Of a stretch of 64,000 nt of DNA, positions 26,510 to 35,078 are shown piece after piece. The position numbers were made by a program, and so were the translations under genes. The notes beneath the pieces were generated by a model. That model had not been told where the DNA came from. It searched no databases and saw only the letters and a program-made list of their open reading frames with translations. The number at the start of each line of letters is the position of its first letter. The stretch's first letter is position 1. Source of the stretch: Candidatus Nealsonbacteria bacterium. Lineage in GTDB: Bacteria; Patescibacteriota; Minisyncoccia; Minisyncoccales; JANBVM01. The stretch covers positions 56,966 through 120,965 of the forward strand of contig CP179889.1 in assembly GCA_047456315.1 (NCBI GenBank), read 5' to 3'.

Positions 26510-27550
26510 ATGTCTAAAATAATCATTGCAATCATTTTTATAATAATTGGAATTGTAGCAGGATTAGGTTATTGGTTTTATCAATCAATGTCCGAAGAGC
26601 TAACTGAAATAGAACAAGCCTGTGTACACTCTGGAGGAACAATCTCCACATCATTGTGTTGTAAAGCAACTGGTGATTTTCCTAACCTGTGCCTTGTTGG
26701 TCCTTGTGGTTGTTCACCAGATAATAGTCATCAGGTAAAGATTTGCGATTGCGGACCTGATAAATGTTTTGATGGAAGTGAGTGCGTATCTTTAGATGAA
26801 GTTTCAGTTCTTCTTGAAAGCATTGAACAAGAAACTGGGATAGATTTTTCAGAAGCACAACCAGTTGATTTTAAATGGGTAGTTAAAGTAACTCCAAAAG
26901 TAGAAGAGGAAGCTGTGTCTGGGAAAGGATTTGAAGCTGAACGTATATCAAGCGAGCAGTACGATAGTGTTGAGTCTTTTCTCATAGATAGAGGTTTTAA
27001 AAAGGACCTTTATAATATAGCTGATGGCACTTTTGTTGGATTGAAAGGATATAAAAAAGACCAGATTATTTGTACTGTTTCTGGAGGGTCTACTCCGCAA
27101 GAACCTGATATCAATGATGTAACAGTGAAATGCGGGAAGTTAGAGATAATTATTGATCTGGAAGAACTCTCTCAGTGTGCAAAAGATGGAGAAACATTCT
27201 CAACAATCGATGATGGATACCCAGTCCGTTGCTGTGAAGGTCTAAAAGAATGGTCACCTATTCCAGATACACGTTTTTCAATCGCAGATGTATGTTATGA
27301 AGTTGGGTTACCATTGGAATCTAACATAGGACTTTGTATAAAGTGTGGGGACGGGGTTTGTGAAAACCATCCGCAATATGATGAAAATCCATGCAATTGT
27401 CCTGAAGATTGCGCAGGAAAGGACAAATCGCATTTTTCCAGTATAGAAGAATTTTGCCAGAGCAATGACTGGAAAATGTCTCTTTCCAAAGCCTGCGAAG
27501 AACAAGAACCTATTAAGGGTTCTCCAATATGTGAATTATGCGCTTTTTAA
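26510..27550 (+). CDS. membrane-anchored cysteine-rich extracellular protein
   Basis: N-terminal TM; Cys clusters CVHSGG..CC..CLVGPCGC..CDCGPDKCFDGSEC and CGDGVCE...ENPCNCPEDC. Confidence 0.8.
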   Translation: MSKIIIAIIFIIIGIVAGLGYWFYQSMSEELTEIEQACVHSGGTISTSLCCKATGDFPNLCLVGPCGCSPDNSHQVKICDCGPDKCFDGSECVSLDEVSVLLESIEQETGIDFSEAQPVDFKWVVKVTPKVEEEAVSGKGFEAERISSEQYDSVESFLIDRGFKKDLYNIADGTFVGLKGYKKDQIICTVSGGSTPQEPDINDVTVKCGKLEIIIDLEELSQCAKDGETFSTIDDGYPVRCCEGLKEWSPIPDTRFSIADVCYEVGLPLESNIGLCIKCGDGVCENHPQYDENPCNCPEDCAGKDKSHFSSIEEFCQSNDWKMSLSKACEEQEPIKGSPICELCAF

Positions 27551-27600
27551 AGAAATAGTGAGTAACGAGGCGTGGAATACCTGCTCTAGAGATTGAACTA

Positions 27601-27678
27601 TTTCCGAGACCGAGCCGTCCATCCTGCTAGGGCGACTGAGAGGGGTTCGAGTCCTACCGCCGGAGCAGGCGGTTTTTA
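27601..27678 (+). repeat. cassette-boundary repeat copy F (core 27645..27666)
   Basis: TTTCCGAGACCGAGCCG-N-AGGGCGACTGAGAGGG-GTTCGAGTCCTACCGCCGGAGC-AGGCGGTTTTT. Confidence 0.88.
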
Positions 27679-27698
27679 AATTCTCCTAATTTTAATCT

Positions 27699-29285
27699 CT
27701 ACATTTTTTCAGGAGCTGAAATTCCCATCAAGTCAAAAGTTTCTTTAAGTGTAATTTTAACAGCTGATATCAAAGATATCCTAGCCTGCTGTAGTTTTTT
27801 ATCATCAGTTAAGACCTTGCAGTTTTGATAGAACTGATGAAAAGCAGTTGCCAGATCAAAAGCATACTGAGGCAATCTCTGAACTTGATAATCTTTGCTT
27901 ATTTGCTCAATAATTCCCGGGAATCTAATAAGTTGCTTTATTAATAAGGCCTCGGAAGCGTGATTTAATAAAGAAAAATCAGGCTCTGTTTTTTTTGCTT
28001 TAATTTTTTTTAAAATACTGCAAATTCTTGCATAAGCATACTGAACGTAGTAAACCGGGTTTTTCTGTGATTGTTCCCTTGCTAAATCCATATCAAAATT
28101 CAAGTGGGTGCTAGCTGATCTTTGAAGGAAAAAGAATCTAACAGCATCTTTACCAACCATATCAATCAAATCATCCATTGTTACATAATGACCTGCTCTT
28201 TTGGACATTCTTAATTTTTCCCCTTTTTCAAAAAGGGTAATAAACTGCAGAATTATGATTTCAAGCTTGTTTTTGTAACCAAGCACCTCAACAATTGCTT
28301 TAAGTCCAGCTATATCCCCATAATGATCAGCTCCCCAAACATTAATCACCTTGTCAAACTTCTTGTCTTTAAACTTATACTCATGAAGAGCCATGTCTCC
28401 TGCTAAATAGGTTTTCCATTTATCTGATTTTACTATCACCCTGTCTCTGTCATCGCCGTATTGCTTTGATTTGAACCATAGGGCTCCATCTTTTTCATAC
28501 AGAAAGCACTTTTCCTTTAATTTATCTATTACCTTGTCAACCCGTCCTGACTTATGGAAACTTGTTTCTGAAATCCATTCATCATACTTTATTCCCATAT
28601 TGTCAGTGGTTTTTTTAATCATTTCTTTAATAATAATCTTGGCTGCTTTTTCACCAGCCTTGTAAACATCCTTTTCTTTTATTCTTTTACTCAAATCATC
28701 AATATAGTCTCCCTTGTATTTGGCATCTTTATCTTTTAAAACAGAATGCCCTAAAGTCATAATCTGCATTCCATAATCATTTATGTAATAAGCTTTTTCT
28801 GTTTCATAGCCAGCTTTTTTCAAAACATTTGCCAGCACATCACCAAATGCCCCGCCCCTGGCATTGCCAACTGTTAGAGGTCCTGTTGGATTTGCAGAAA
28901 TAAATTCAACCTGAACTTTTTGATTTCTGCCAATATCCAGCTGACCGAATTTTTCTTTTTTCTTAAGGATTTTTTTAACTCGCTCCTCTAAATATTTACT
29001 TGAAACAAAAAAATTAATGAATCCTGGTTTTAATATCTTAATCCTTCTAAATAAATCTGGTATTTTAATTTTGAAATTTTCAGTTAACAATTCCGCTGTT
29101 TCTATTGGGTTTTTCTTTGTTTTTTTTGCAATTATCATTGCAATATTAGTAGAATAATCACCATGAATTTCTTGTTCAGGACACTCAACTTTAATCTCGC
29201 TAATATCAAAAACAGGAATCTTCTTTTGTTTCTGAAGCTTAGTTATTGATTCTTTTATTAATTTTTTAATATCTTCTTTAATCAT
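27699..29285 (-). CDS. argS: arginine--tRNA ligase
   Basis: HGDYSTN, EFISANPTGPL, WGADH, MSKRAG, NPVYYVQYAYARI, GISAPEKM. Confidence 0.96.
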   Translation of the reverse strand: MIKEDIKKLIKESITKLQKQKKIPVFDISEIKVECPEQEIHGDYSTNIAMIIAKKTKKNPIETAELLTENFKIKIPDLFRRIKILKPGFINFFVSSKYLEERVKKILKKKEKFGQLDIGRNQKVQVEFISANPTGPLTVGNARGGAFGDVLANVLKKAGYETEKAYYINDYGMQIMTLGHSVLKDKDAKYKGDYIDDLSKRIKEKDVYKAGEKAAKIIIKEMIKKTTDNMGIKYDEWISETSFHKSGRVDKVIDKLKEKCFLYEKDGALWFKSKQYGDDRDRVIVKSDKWKTYLAGDMALHEYKFKDKKFDKVINVWGADHYGDIAGLKAIVEVLGYKNKLEIIILQFITLFEKGEKLRMSKRAGHYVTMDDLIDMVGKDAVRFFFLQRSASTHLNFDMDLAREQSQKNPVYYVQYAYARICSILKKIKAKKTEPDFSLLNHASEALLIKQLIRFPGIIEQISKDYQVQRLPQYAFDLATAFHQFYQNCKVLTDDKKLQQARISLISAVKITLKETFDLMGISAPEKM

Positions 29286-30461
29286 TTATTTTTTTATTCT
29301 ATTGTGCAGTCTCATATGACCCTCTTGAATTCCTTCTGAGACCAAAGCTCTTAGCGCTGCTAGGTTTTGAGCCAGACCAACACCAGCCATCACACAAGCT
29401 AATTCCTGGGCTGATTTCACGTTTAATATCTTTAAAGAAACCCTTGCTACTGGATTAGCTGATACTGTTCCCCCAATTATTCCAACTGCTATTGGAACTG
29501 TCATCTCTCCAATTAAATCTCCGCTACTGCTCTTTGTCCATCTGGTCAAGGGCAAGTATTTCCCTGATTTTGCTGCATAACCATGGGCTCCTGCTTCAAG
29601 AGCTCTCCAATCATTTGAAATGGCTAAAGCAACTGCCCCCATTCCATTTAAAATACCTTTATTATTAGTCACAGCCCTATAGATATCAATTTCAGCTATA
29701 GCTTGAGCTTTAATAATATCTTCAACTACTTGTTTACCTTTAAATCCTTTTGTTGTTAAAGATTCTTTTAAAACTTTTCCTTTAACTTTTACTAATCTTT
29801 TGTCAGCTAAATTAGAAACAATTTTAAGAACTGCTTTTTTGTTGACAATCTTTTCAATCAAAGGAGAAACACCTTCGAGCATTGTGTCTACTGTATTAGC
29901 TCCCATAGCATCTTTAGTATCTACCAGCAAATGAATTCTTAAAATTGCCCCTATATTTTTATTATTTAAAACAGTTATTTCTAAATCTTTTGCACCAGCG
30001 CCCATTCTTATTAAATCAGGTTGTTTGGAATTAGCTAGTTTAATAATCTCTTTTTTATTTTCTAAAATCTTTTCTTTAATTTTTTGAATATTTTCTATTT
30101 CCGTTAAATAAATCTGTCCTATCATCTGATTACCCAAATTCTCAGCTTCAATCCCTCCATTTTCTCTTAAAAGCTTTGCTCCATAGCAGGCTGCAGCAAC
30201 TACAGAAGGCTCTTCAGTTACCATTGGCACCAGATAATCCTTTTTATTTATCAAAAAGTTTACAGCAATACTATAAGGAAGCGAGAAAACACCAATCACA
30301 TTTTCAGCCATCCTGTCTCTTATTTCTGGCTTTAATGTGCCCTTTTCAATGATTTCAATTTCCTTGTCAGTTAAATCAGCAAATTCTTTTACTTTTTTAA
30401 GTTTTTGTTCTTTGTTTAGCTTAAAAAAACCAGGGATTCTGCTGTTTTTTTTCTTATCCAT
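29286..30461 (-). CDS. mvaA: hydroxymethylglutaryl-CoA reductase, class II
   Basis: ENVIG, PMVTEEPSVVAA, DAMGAN, NKGILNG, NDWRALEAG, GIQEGHMRLH; start at ATG 30461 avoids overlap with smpB. Confidence 0.93.
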   Translation of the reverse strand: MDKKKNSRIPGFFKLNKEQKLKKVKEFADLTDKEIEIIEKGTLKPEIRDRMAENVIGVFSLPYSIAVNFLINKKDYLVPMVTEEPSVVAAACYGAKLLRENGGIEAENLGNQMIGQIYLTEIENIQKIKEKILENKKEIIKLANSKQPDLIRMGAGAKDLEITVLNNKNIGAILRIHLLVDTKDAMGANTVDTMLEGVSPLIEKIVNKKAVLKIVSNLADKRLVKVKGKVLKESLTTKGFKGKQVVEDIIKAQAIAEIDIYRAVTNNKGILNGMGAVALAISNDWRALEAGAHGYAAKSGKYLPLTRWTKSSSGDLIGEMTVPIAVGIIGGTVSANPVARVSLKILNVKSAQELACVMAGVGLAQNLAALRALVSEGIQEGHMRLHNRIKK

Positions 30462-30500
30462 TAATTTAAGCTTATCCGATTTTTCTGCTAAAATCAAAGT

Positions 30501-30941
30501 ATGAAAATAATTACTGAGAACAAAAAAGCATATTTTAATTACCAAGTCCTGGAAAAATTTGAAGCAGGCATTTCTTTAATTGGACAGGAAGTAAAATCAA
30601 TTAAACTGGGAAAAATCAACCTGGCCGGAGCTTATGTCGTTCTAAGAAGGGAAGAAATCTATTTAATTGGAGCTAATGTTCCACCCTATCAGCCAAAAAA
30701 TGCACCTAAAGATTACGACTCTAAAAGGCCAAGAAAACTTCTTCTCAGAAAAAAAGAAATTAAATATTTAATAGGAAAATCAAGGCAAAAAGGTTTGACA
30801 ATGATACCTTTAATAATCTATACTAGGAAAGGTAAAATAAAGCTGGAATTCGGTTTAGCTAAGGGAAAGCGAAAATTTGATAAAAGAGAAGCTATAAAAA
30901 AAAGAGAAGTTCAAAGAGAAATCAAAAGAACATTAGGATAA
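30501..30941 (+). CDS. smpB: SsrA-binding protein
   Basis: NKKAYFNY, EAGISLIGQEVKS, RKLLL, GKRKFDKRE. Confidence 0.97.
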   Translation: MKIITENKKAYFNYQVLEKFEAGISLIGQEVKSIKLGKINLAGAYVVLRREEIYLIGANVPPYQPKNAPKDYDSKRPRKLLLRKKEIKYLIGKSRQKGLTMIPLIIYTRKGKIKLEFGLAKGKRKFDKREAIKKREVQREIKRTLG

Positions 30942-30945
30942 AAAT

Positions 30946-31285
30946 GGGGACGTCAAGATTCGACAGGAATTTGAATAAAAAATGCAAGTCGAGCTTCGAA
31001 TCTCGTAAATCTTCGAAACAACATTAAGTGCCAATAACTTATTTGCACCCGCATTAGCTACTGCTTAATGCCGTCTGCCTTACTGATTCTCGATAGGTAA
31101 AAGCGGGCGTGATATTATCGGGATAGATAGTTTTTTAGGAACTGGGAAAACTATCAAAAATCAACAGAACAAAAATCAGAAAAATTTTGTCCAGTTTAAA
31201 TTTTCTGAGTTCAACTAACTGGGCTAAACTTGTAGAGTTATTTTAGAATAATTCCTGGACAAGGGGGCAGATCCCTTCGTCTCCA
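30946..31285 (+). ncRNA. ssrA: tmRNA; tag ANNLFAPALATA* at 31030..31068
   Basis: 5' GGGGACGTCAAGATTCGAC, 3' GACAAGGG-GGCAGAT-CCCTT-CGTCTCC-A; G3.U70-like pair; resume context TAAGTGCC; immediately after smpB. Confidence 0.95.
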
Positions 31286-31287
31286 CT

Positions 31288-31788
31288 ATGTTTAAAATGG
31301 TAAAAACAAGTTATGGGAAAATAAAAAACCTTTCTAGCCCAGAGGCGGCTTATACGGCTGGCTTAATTGATGGAGACGGTACAATTGCTTTGAGTCGCTC
31401 TCAAAGCAAGAATCGAAATAAAAAAGAGTATCGCAGATTAGAAGTTAAAATAAGCAATACAGATTTTAATCTACTTAGTTATATTAAAAATATAGTCGGT
31501 GCCGGACAGATATCAAAGAAAAGGCCGCGCAATGAAAGACAGTCAATATCTTACGCATACAGAATCTGTAATCGACAAGCATTCAATCTTTTAACTCAGA
31601 TTTCATCCTGTCTTAAAACCTATAAGCAAAAACGTGCGAGGCTAGTTTTAGAAAATTATATAGAATTAACTCCCCGCAACGGAAAGTATTCCCAGGAAAT
31701 CCTTGCCAGAAAAAAACGATTCGTGAAAGCTTTTTTCGCTATACCATCGACAATGAAAATAAAGCCGAAAATCGCAAAATATTATTAG
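31288..31788 (+). CDS. free-standing single-motif LAGLIDADG homing endonuclease
   Basis: AAYTAGLIDGDGTI motif, ISNTD, basic beta-saddle, KQKRA. Confidence 0.88.
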   Translation: MFKMVKTSYGKIKNLSSPEAAYTAGLIDGDGTIALSRSQSKNRNKKEYRRLEVKISNTDFNLLSYIKNIVGAGQISKKRPRNERQSISYAYRICNRQAFNLLTQISSCLKTYKQKRARLVLENYIELTPRNGKYSQEILARKKRFVKAFFAIPSTMKIKPKIAKYY

Positions 31789-31798
31789 TTTTATTGCA

Positions 31799-32335
31799 TT
31801 GATTAAAAAACCATTAGTAAACAACAGAATAAGGGCTCGTGAAGTAAGGCTGATTGATGAGACCGGAAAGCAAGTCGGGGTTGTTCTATTGGAAAAAGCG
31901 CTCCAGATGGCTCAAGAGCGCAATTTAGACTTAGTTCAGGTTACAGATAAAGTTGAACCACCTGTCTGTAAGATTACAGATTATGGAAAATATCTTTACA
32001 AGCTTCAGAAAAAAGAGAAGAAAGAGAAAAAAACCAGCGAAATAAAGGGAATAAGATTAAGATTTAATATTTCTCCTCATGATATGGAAACAAGAGCCAA
32101 TCAGTCAGAAAAATTCTTAAGAAAAGGAAATCTGGTAAAAATAGAGATGTTGCTGCGAGGAAGAGAAAAAGGGCTTGGTCACTTTGCCAGAAAAAAGATA
32201 AATGACTTTGTACAAATCCTAAATGAGAAAATCCCAGTGAAAATTGAAAGCGCTTTAAAAAGAGCTCCCAATAAATTCATAATGATTGTTTCAAAAGATC
32301 AAAAACAGGAGGAAAGAAAGGAAGAAAATAAATAA
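31799..32335 (+). CDS. infC: translation initiation factor IF-3 (non-ATG start: TTG 31799 or ATT 31802)
   Basis: NNRIRAREVRLI, DLVQV...PPVCKITDYGKY, HDMETR. Confidence 0.95.
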   Translation: MIKKPLVNNRIRAREVRLIDETGKQVGVVLLEKALQMAQERNLDLVQVTDKVEPPVCKITDYGKYLYKLQKKEKKEKKTSEIKGIRLRFNISPHDMETRANQSEKFLRKGNLVKIEMLLRGREKGLGHFARKKINDFVQILNEKIPVKIESALKRAPNKFIMIVSKDQKQEERKEENK

Positions 32336-32336
32336 T

Positions 32337-32528
32337 ATGAAAACAAGAAAATCAGTAGCAAAACGTTTTAAAATAACAAGAACTGGCAAAGTTTTAAGAA
32401 GGGCGGTTGGCCTTTGTCATTACAGAGCTAAAAAATCAGGCAAACAAATCAGGAAAAGAAGAAAGCTTGTTCCTTTAGCGCCTGCTGAAGCAAAAAAAAT
32501 AAAAAAGATTCTTAAATACCAAAGATAA
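32337..32528 (+). CDS. rpmI: 50S ribosomal protein L35
   Basis: MKTRKSVAKRFKITRTGK; infC-rpmI-rplT synteny. Confidence 0.93.
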   Translation: MKTRKSVAKRFKITRTGKVLRRAVGLCHYRAKKSGKQIRKRRKLVPLAPAEAKKIKKILKYQR

Positions 32529-32530
32529 CT

Positions 32531-32902
32531 ATGACAAGAGTAAAAAGGGGAAAAACTGCACACAAAAGAAAAAAACGTATTTTAAAACTTACCAAAGGTT
32601 ATCGTTGGGGAAGAAAATCAAAATACAGACTGGCAAAAGATGCCCTATTTCATGCCTGGACTCATGCATATAAGCACAGGAGAACTAAAAAAAGAGTTTT
32701 CAGAGGCCTCTGGCAAATCCAGATTAATGCTGCAGCTCGTGAAAAAGGAATCTCATATAGCAAGTTCACTAATCTTTTAAAAAAGAATAAGATTGGAATT
32801 GATAGAAAAATATTATCCCAGTTAGCACAAAAACACCCTAAAATATTTGAAAAGATTCTTGAGAAAGTAATTGTAAAAAAAGAATCAAAAAAAGCCGCCT
32901 AA
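32531..32902 (+). CDS. rplT: 50S ribosomal protein L20
   Basis: MTRVKRG, KGYRWGR, FRGLWQIQINAA, IDRKILS. Confidence 0.96.
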   Translation: MTRVKRGKTAHKRKKRILKLTKGYRWGRKSKYRLAKDALFHAWTHAYKHRRTKKRVFRGLWQIQINAAAREKGISYSKFTNLLKKNKIGIDRKILSQLAQKHPKIFEKILEKVIVKKESKKAA

Positions 32903-32917
32903 AAGGCGGTTTTAAAA
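32888..32917. terminator. bidirectional terminator between rplT and the NUDIX gene
   Basis: AAAAAGCCGCC-TAAAA-GGCGGTTTT between convergent genes. Confidence 0.75.
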
Positions 32918-32920
32918 TAG

Positions 32921-33343
32921 CTACAGTTTGTTTTTAATAATGAGATCATTAACTTTTTTTAAAACTTTCTTGGCATTTTCAAATGTTAATTGTTCTAGGG
33001 CTTTGTCATAAGGAAGCCATTTAAAACCAACATGTTCATAAGAAAGCTTGATTTCTTTTGTTTTGGTTTCAGCTAGAAAAAATATCACTGTTTTAAAAAT
33101 TGTTTTGCCTTGTTTTTTAAAAAAATACTCTATTTTTTCTTCAAGATTTTCAATAAATCTTAAATCATCAATCCCAGTCTCTTCTTTGGTCTCTCTCGTG
33201 ATTGTTTGTTTTAAATCTTCATTCCTTTCAATCTTGCCTTTAACAAAATCCCAATGCCCTAATTCATAATGCAAAACAAGGTAATAAATATTATTTTTGT
33301 CTTTTCTAAAGATTACTGCTCCAGCTGATTTTTCTACTGGCAT
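32921..33343 (-). CDS. NUDIX hydrolase, Ap4A hydrolase-like
   Basis: EKSAGAV, GHWDFVKG, RETKEETG, LSYEH. Confidence 0.88.
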   Translation of the reverse strand: MPVEKSAGAVIFRKDKNNIYYLVLHYELGHWDFVKGKIERNEDLKQTITRETKEETGIDDLRFIENLEEKIEYFFKKQGKTIFKTVIFFLAETKTKEIKLSYEHVGFKWLPYDKALEQLTFENAKKVLKKVNDLIIKNKL

Positions 33344-33344
33344 A

Positions 33345-35063
33345 CTACTGAAAATTCTTTAGTAATTTATTTAAAGGTTGAGTGTTTATAATATCTTTTT
33401 TTTCTGCCCAACCACGACGGGCCTGAGCTACTCCTAAGTTCATAAATTTCATATGTTCTTTGTGATGCGAATCTGTATTAATAATCATTTTCACTCCAGT
33501 TTCTTTAGACCTTCTAATATTTAAATCATTTAGGTCTAATCTTAGAGGATAAGCATTAATCTCTAAAACAACTCCAAACTCTTTTGCAGCTTTTAAAATT
33601 TTATCAAAATCTATTTCATACTCTTCTCTTTGTTTAAGCAGTCTTCCTGTTGGATGAGAAATTATATTAATGTGTCTATTTTTCATTGCCTTGATTATTC
33701 TTTTAGTCATTTCATCTTTTTTCATCTTAAGGCTTGAATGAATTCCAGCAATAACATAATCTAATTTTTTCAAGGCCTCGTCATTAATATCAATTGAACC
33801 GTCTTTTAAAATATTTGTTTCAGCGCCCTGAAGTACTTTAAACTTCTTCTTTGCAAACTTTTTATTCAACTTATCAATTTCTTTGCGTTGTTCTGATAAT
33901 TGCTTTTCATTTAAACCATGTTCAATTCTTAAAAACTTGGTGTGGTCTGAAATGCCGATGTATTCATAACCCATTTCCATTGCTTTTCTAGCCATTTCTG
34001 AAATTGAGTTTTCTCCTCCATTCCAGCTTGAGTGACAATGTAAATCTCCTTTAATGTCTTTTAACTGCAGTAATTTAGGAAGATTTCCTTTTAAAGCTGC
34101 TTCAATTTCTCCCTGGTCTTCTCTGAGTTCTGGGGGAACCCAGTCCATACCCAATAATCTATAAATTTCTTTTTCGTTTTTCCCTGCAATTTTTCTTTTT
34201 CCTTTAAATAAACCGTATTCATTAAGTTTTAGTCCTTTAGAAATTGCAATCTTTCTTGTAGCAATATTGTGTTCTTTTGAACCAATAAAATATTGAAGAG
34301 CAGCTCCATAGCTTTCTCTTGGAACAACTCTGATGTCAATATCAAAACCAGTTTTCATTCTTACTGATGCCCTGGTAGTTCCTTTGCTCCATACTTTTTC
34401 AATTCCATCTAAATTTACAAAAAAATCCATTACTTTTTTTGGTTTTTTAGAAGCCACCAAAATATCAATATCCTTTATTGTTTCTCTCATTCTTTTTAAA
34501 GAGCCAACTATATCAATTTTTTCAACTTCTTTTAATCTTTCTAATCTTTCATAAATTTCTTGAGCTACTGGTAGAATTTCTCCCAATAAAAATCTTCCTT
34601 TTCCTTTTTTCAAAAACTCAATACCCTCTAAAATGTTTTTTTCTGTTTTTTCTCCAAAGCCAAAAAGAGGCGCGATTTTATGCGCCTTAGCTGCTTTTTC
34701 TAATTGCTTAACATTTCTAATTCCTATTTTTTGATATAGTGTCTTGATTTTTTTAGGACCCAATCCTTCAACAGCAGTTAAAGCGCTCAAGTCAACTGGA
34801 GATCTTTTTTTAAGATTTTCGTATTCTTTAATTTTTCCAGTTTTTAAATACTCTTCAATCTTTAAGGCAATATTCTTACCCACACCAGGTATTTTATCGA
34901 GCCCTTTTAATCCTTCTTTAAAATAAATATCAGAAACACTTCTTTCTAAATTCTCCAAAGTTAAAGCAACTCTCTGATAAGCACGGGGTTTAAAAGGAAC
35001 TTCTTCCATTTCTAAATATTCTGAGATTTCGTAAAATATTTTGGCAATTTCTTGGTTTTTCAT
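33345..35063 (-). CDS. polX: DNA polymerase X / PHP 3'-5' exonuclease
   Basis: IPGVGK HhH, GSLKR...DIDIL, YFIGSKEHN, GDLHCHS, ISDH, NTDSH. Confidence 0.93.
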   Translation of the reverse strand: MKNQEIAKIFYEISEYLEMEEVPFKPRAYQRVALTLENLERSVSDIYFKEGLKGLDKIPGVGKNIALKIEEYLKTGKIKEYENLKKRSPVDLSALTAVEGLGPKKIKTLYQKIGIRNVKQLEKAAKAHKIAPLFGFGEKTEKNILEGIEFLKKGKGRFLLGEILPVAQEIYERLERLKEVEKIDIVGSLKRMRETIKDIDILVASKKPKKVMDFFVNLDGIEKVWSKGTTRASVRMKTGFDIDIRVVPRESYGAALQYFIGSKEHNIATRKIAISKGLKLNEYGLFKGKRKIAGKNEKEIYRLLGMDWVPPELREDQGEIEAALKGNLPKLLQLKDIKGDLHCHSSWNGGENSISEMARKAMEMGYEYIGISDHTKFLRIEHGLNEKQLSEQRKEIDKLNKKFAKKKFKVLQGAETNILKDGSIDINDEALKKLDYVIAGIHSSLKMKKDEMTKRIIKAMKNRHINIISHPTGRLLKQREEYEIDFDKILKAAKEFGVVLEINAYPLRLDLNDLNIRRSKETGVKMIINTDSHHKEHMKFMNLGVAQARRGWAEKKDIINTQPLNKLLKNFQ

Positions 35064-35078
35064 AACCAGTAGAGAATT

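Noticed and set aside
13630-27678. CRISPR array or classical integron attC array
   Set aside because: Copies are 0.4-3 kb apart with genes between, no regular spacers, no cas or intI gene, and no RYYYAAC...GTTRRRY attC palindromes; the core is tRNA-like.
31261-31800. Group I intron in the tmRNA T-loop hosting the LAGLIDADG
   Set aside because: T-arm and acceptor stem are complete before the ORF, and only 10 bp separate the ORF from infC, leaving no room for a ribozyme core or second exon.
31799-31804. Missing ATG in infC as a sign of pseudogenisation
   Set aside because: Non-AUG (typically AUU) initiation is the established autoregulatory feature of infC.
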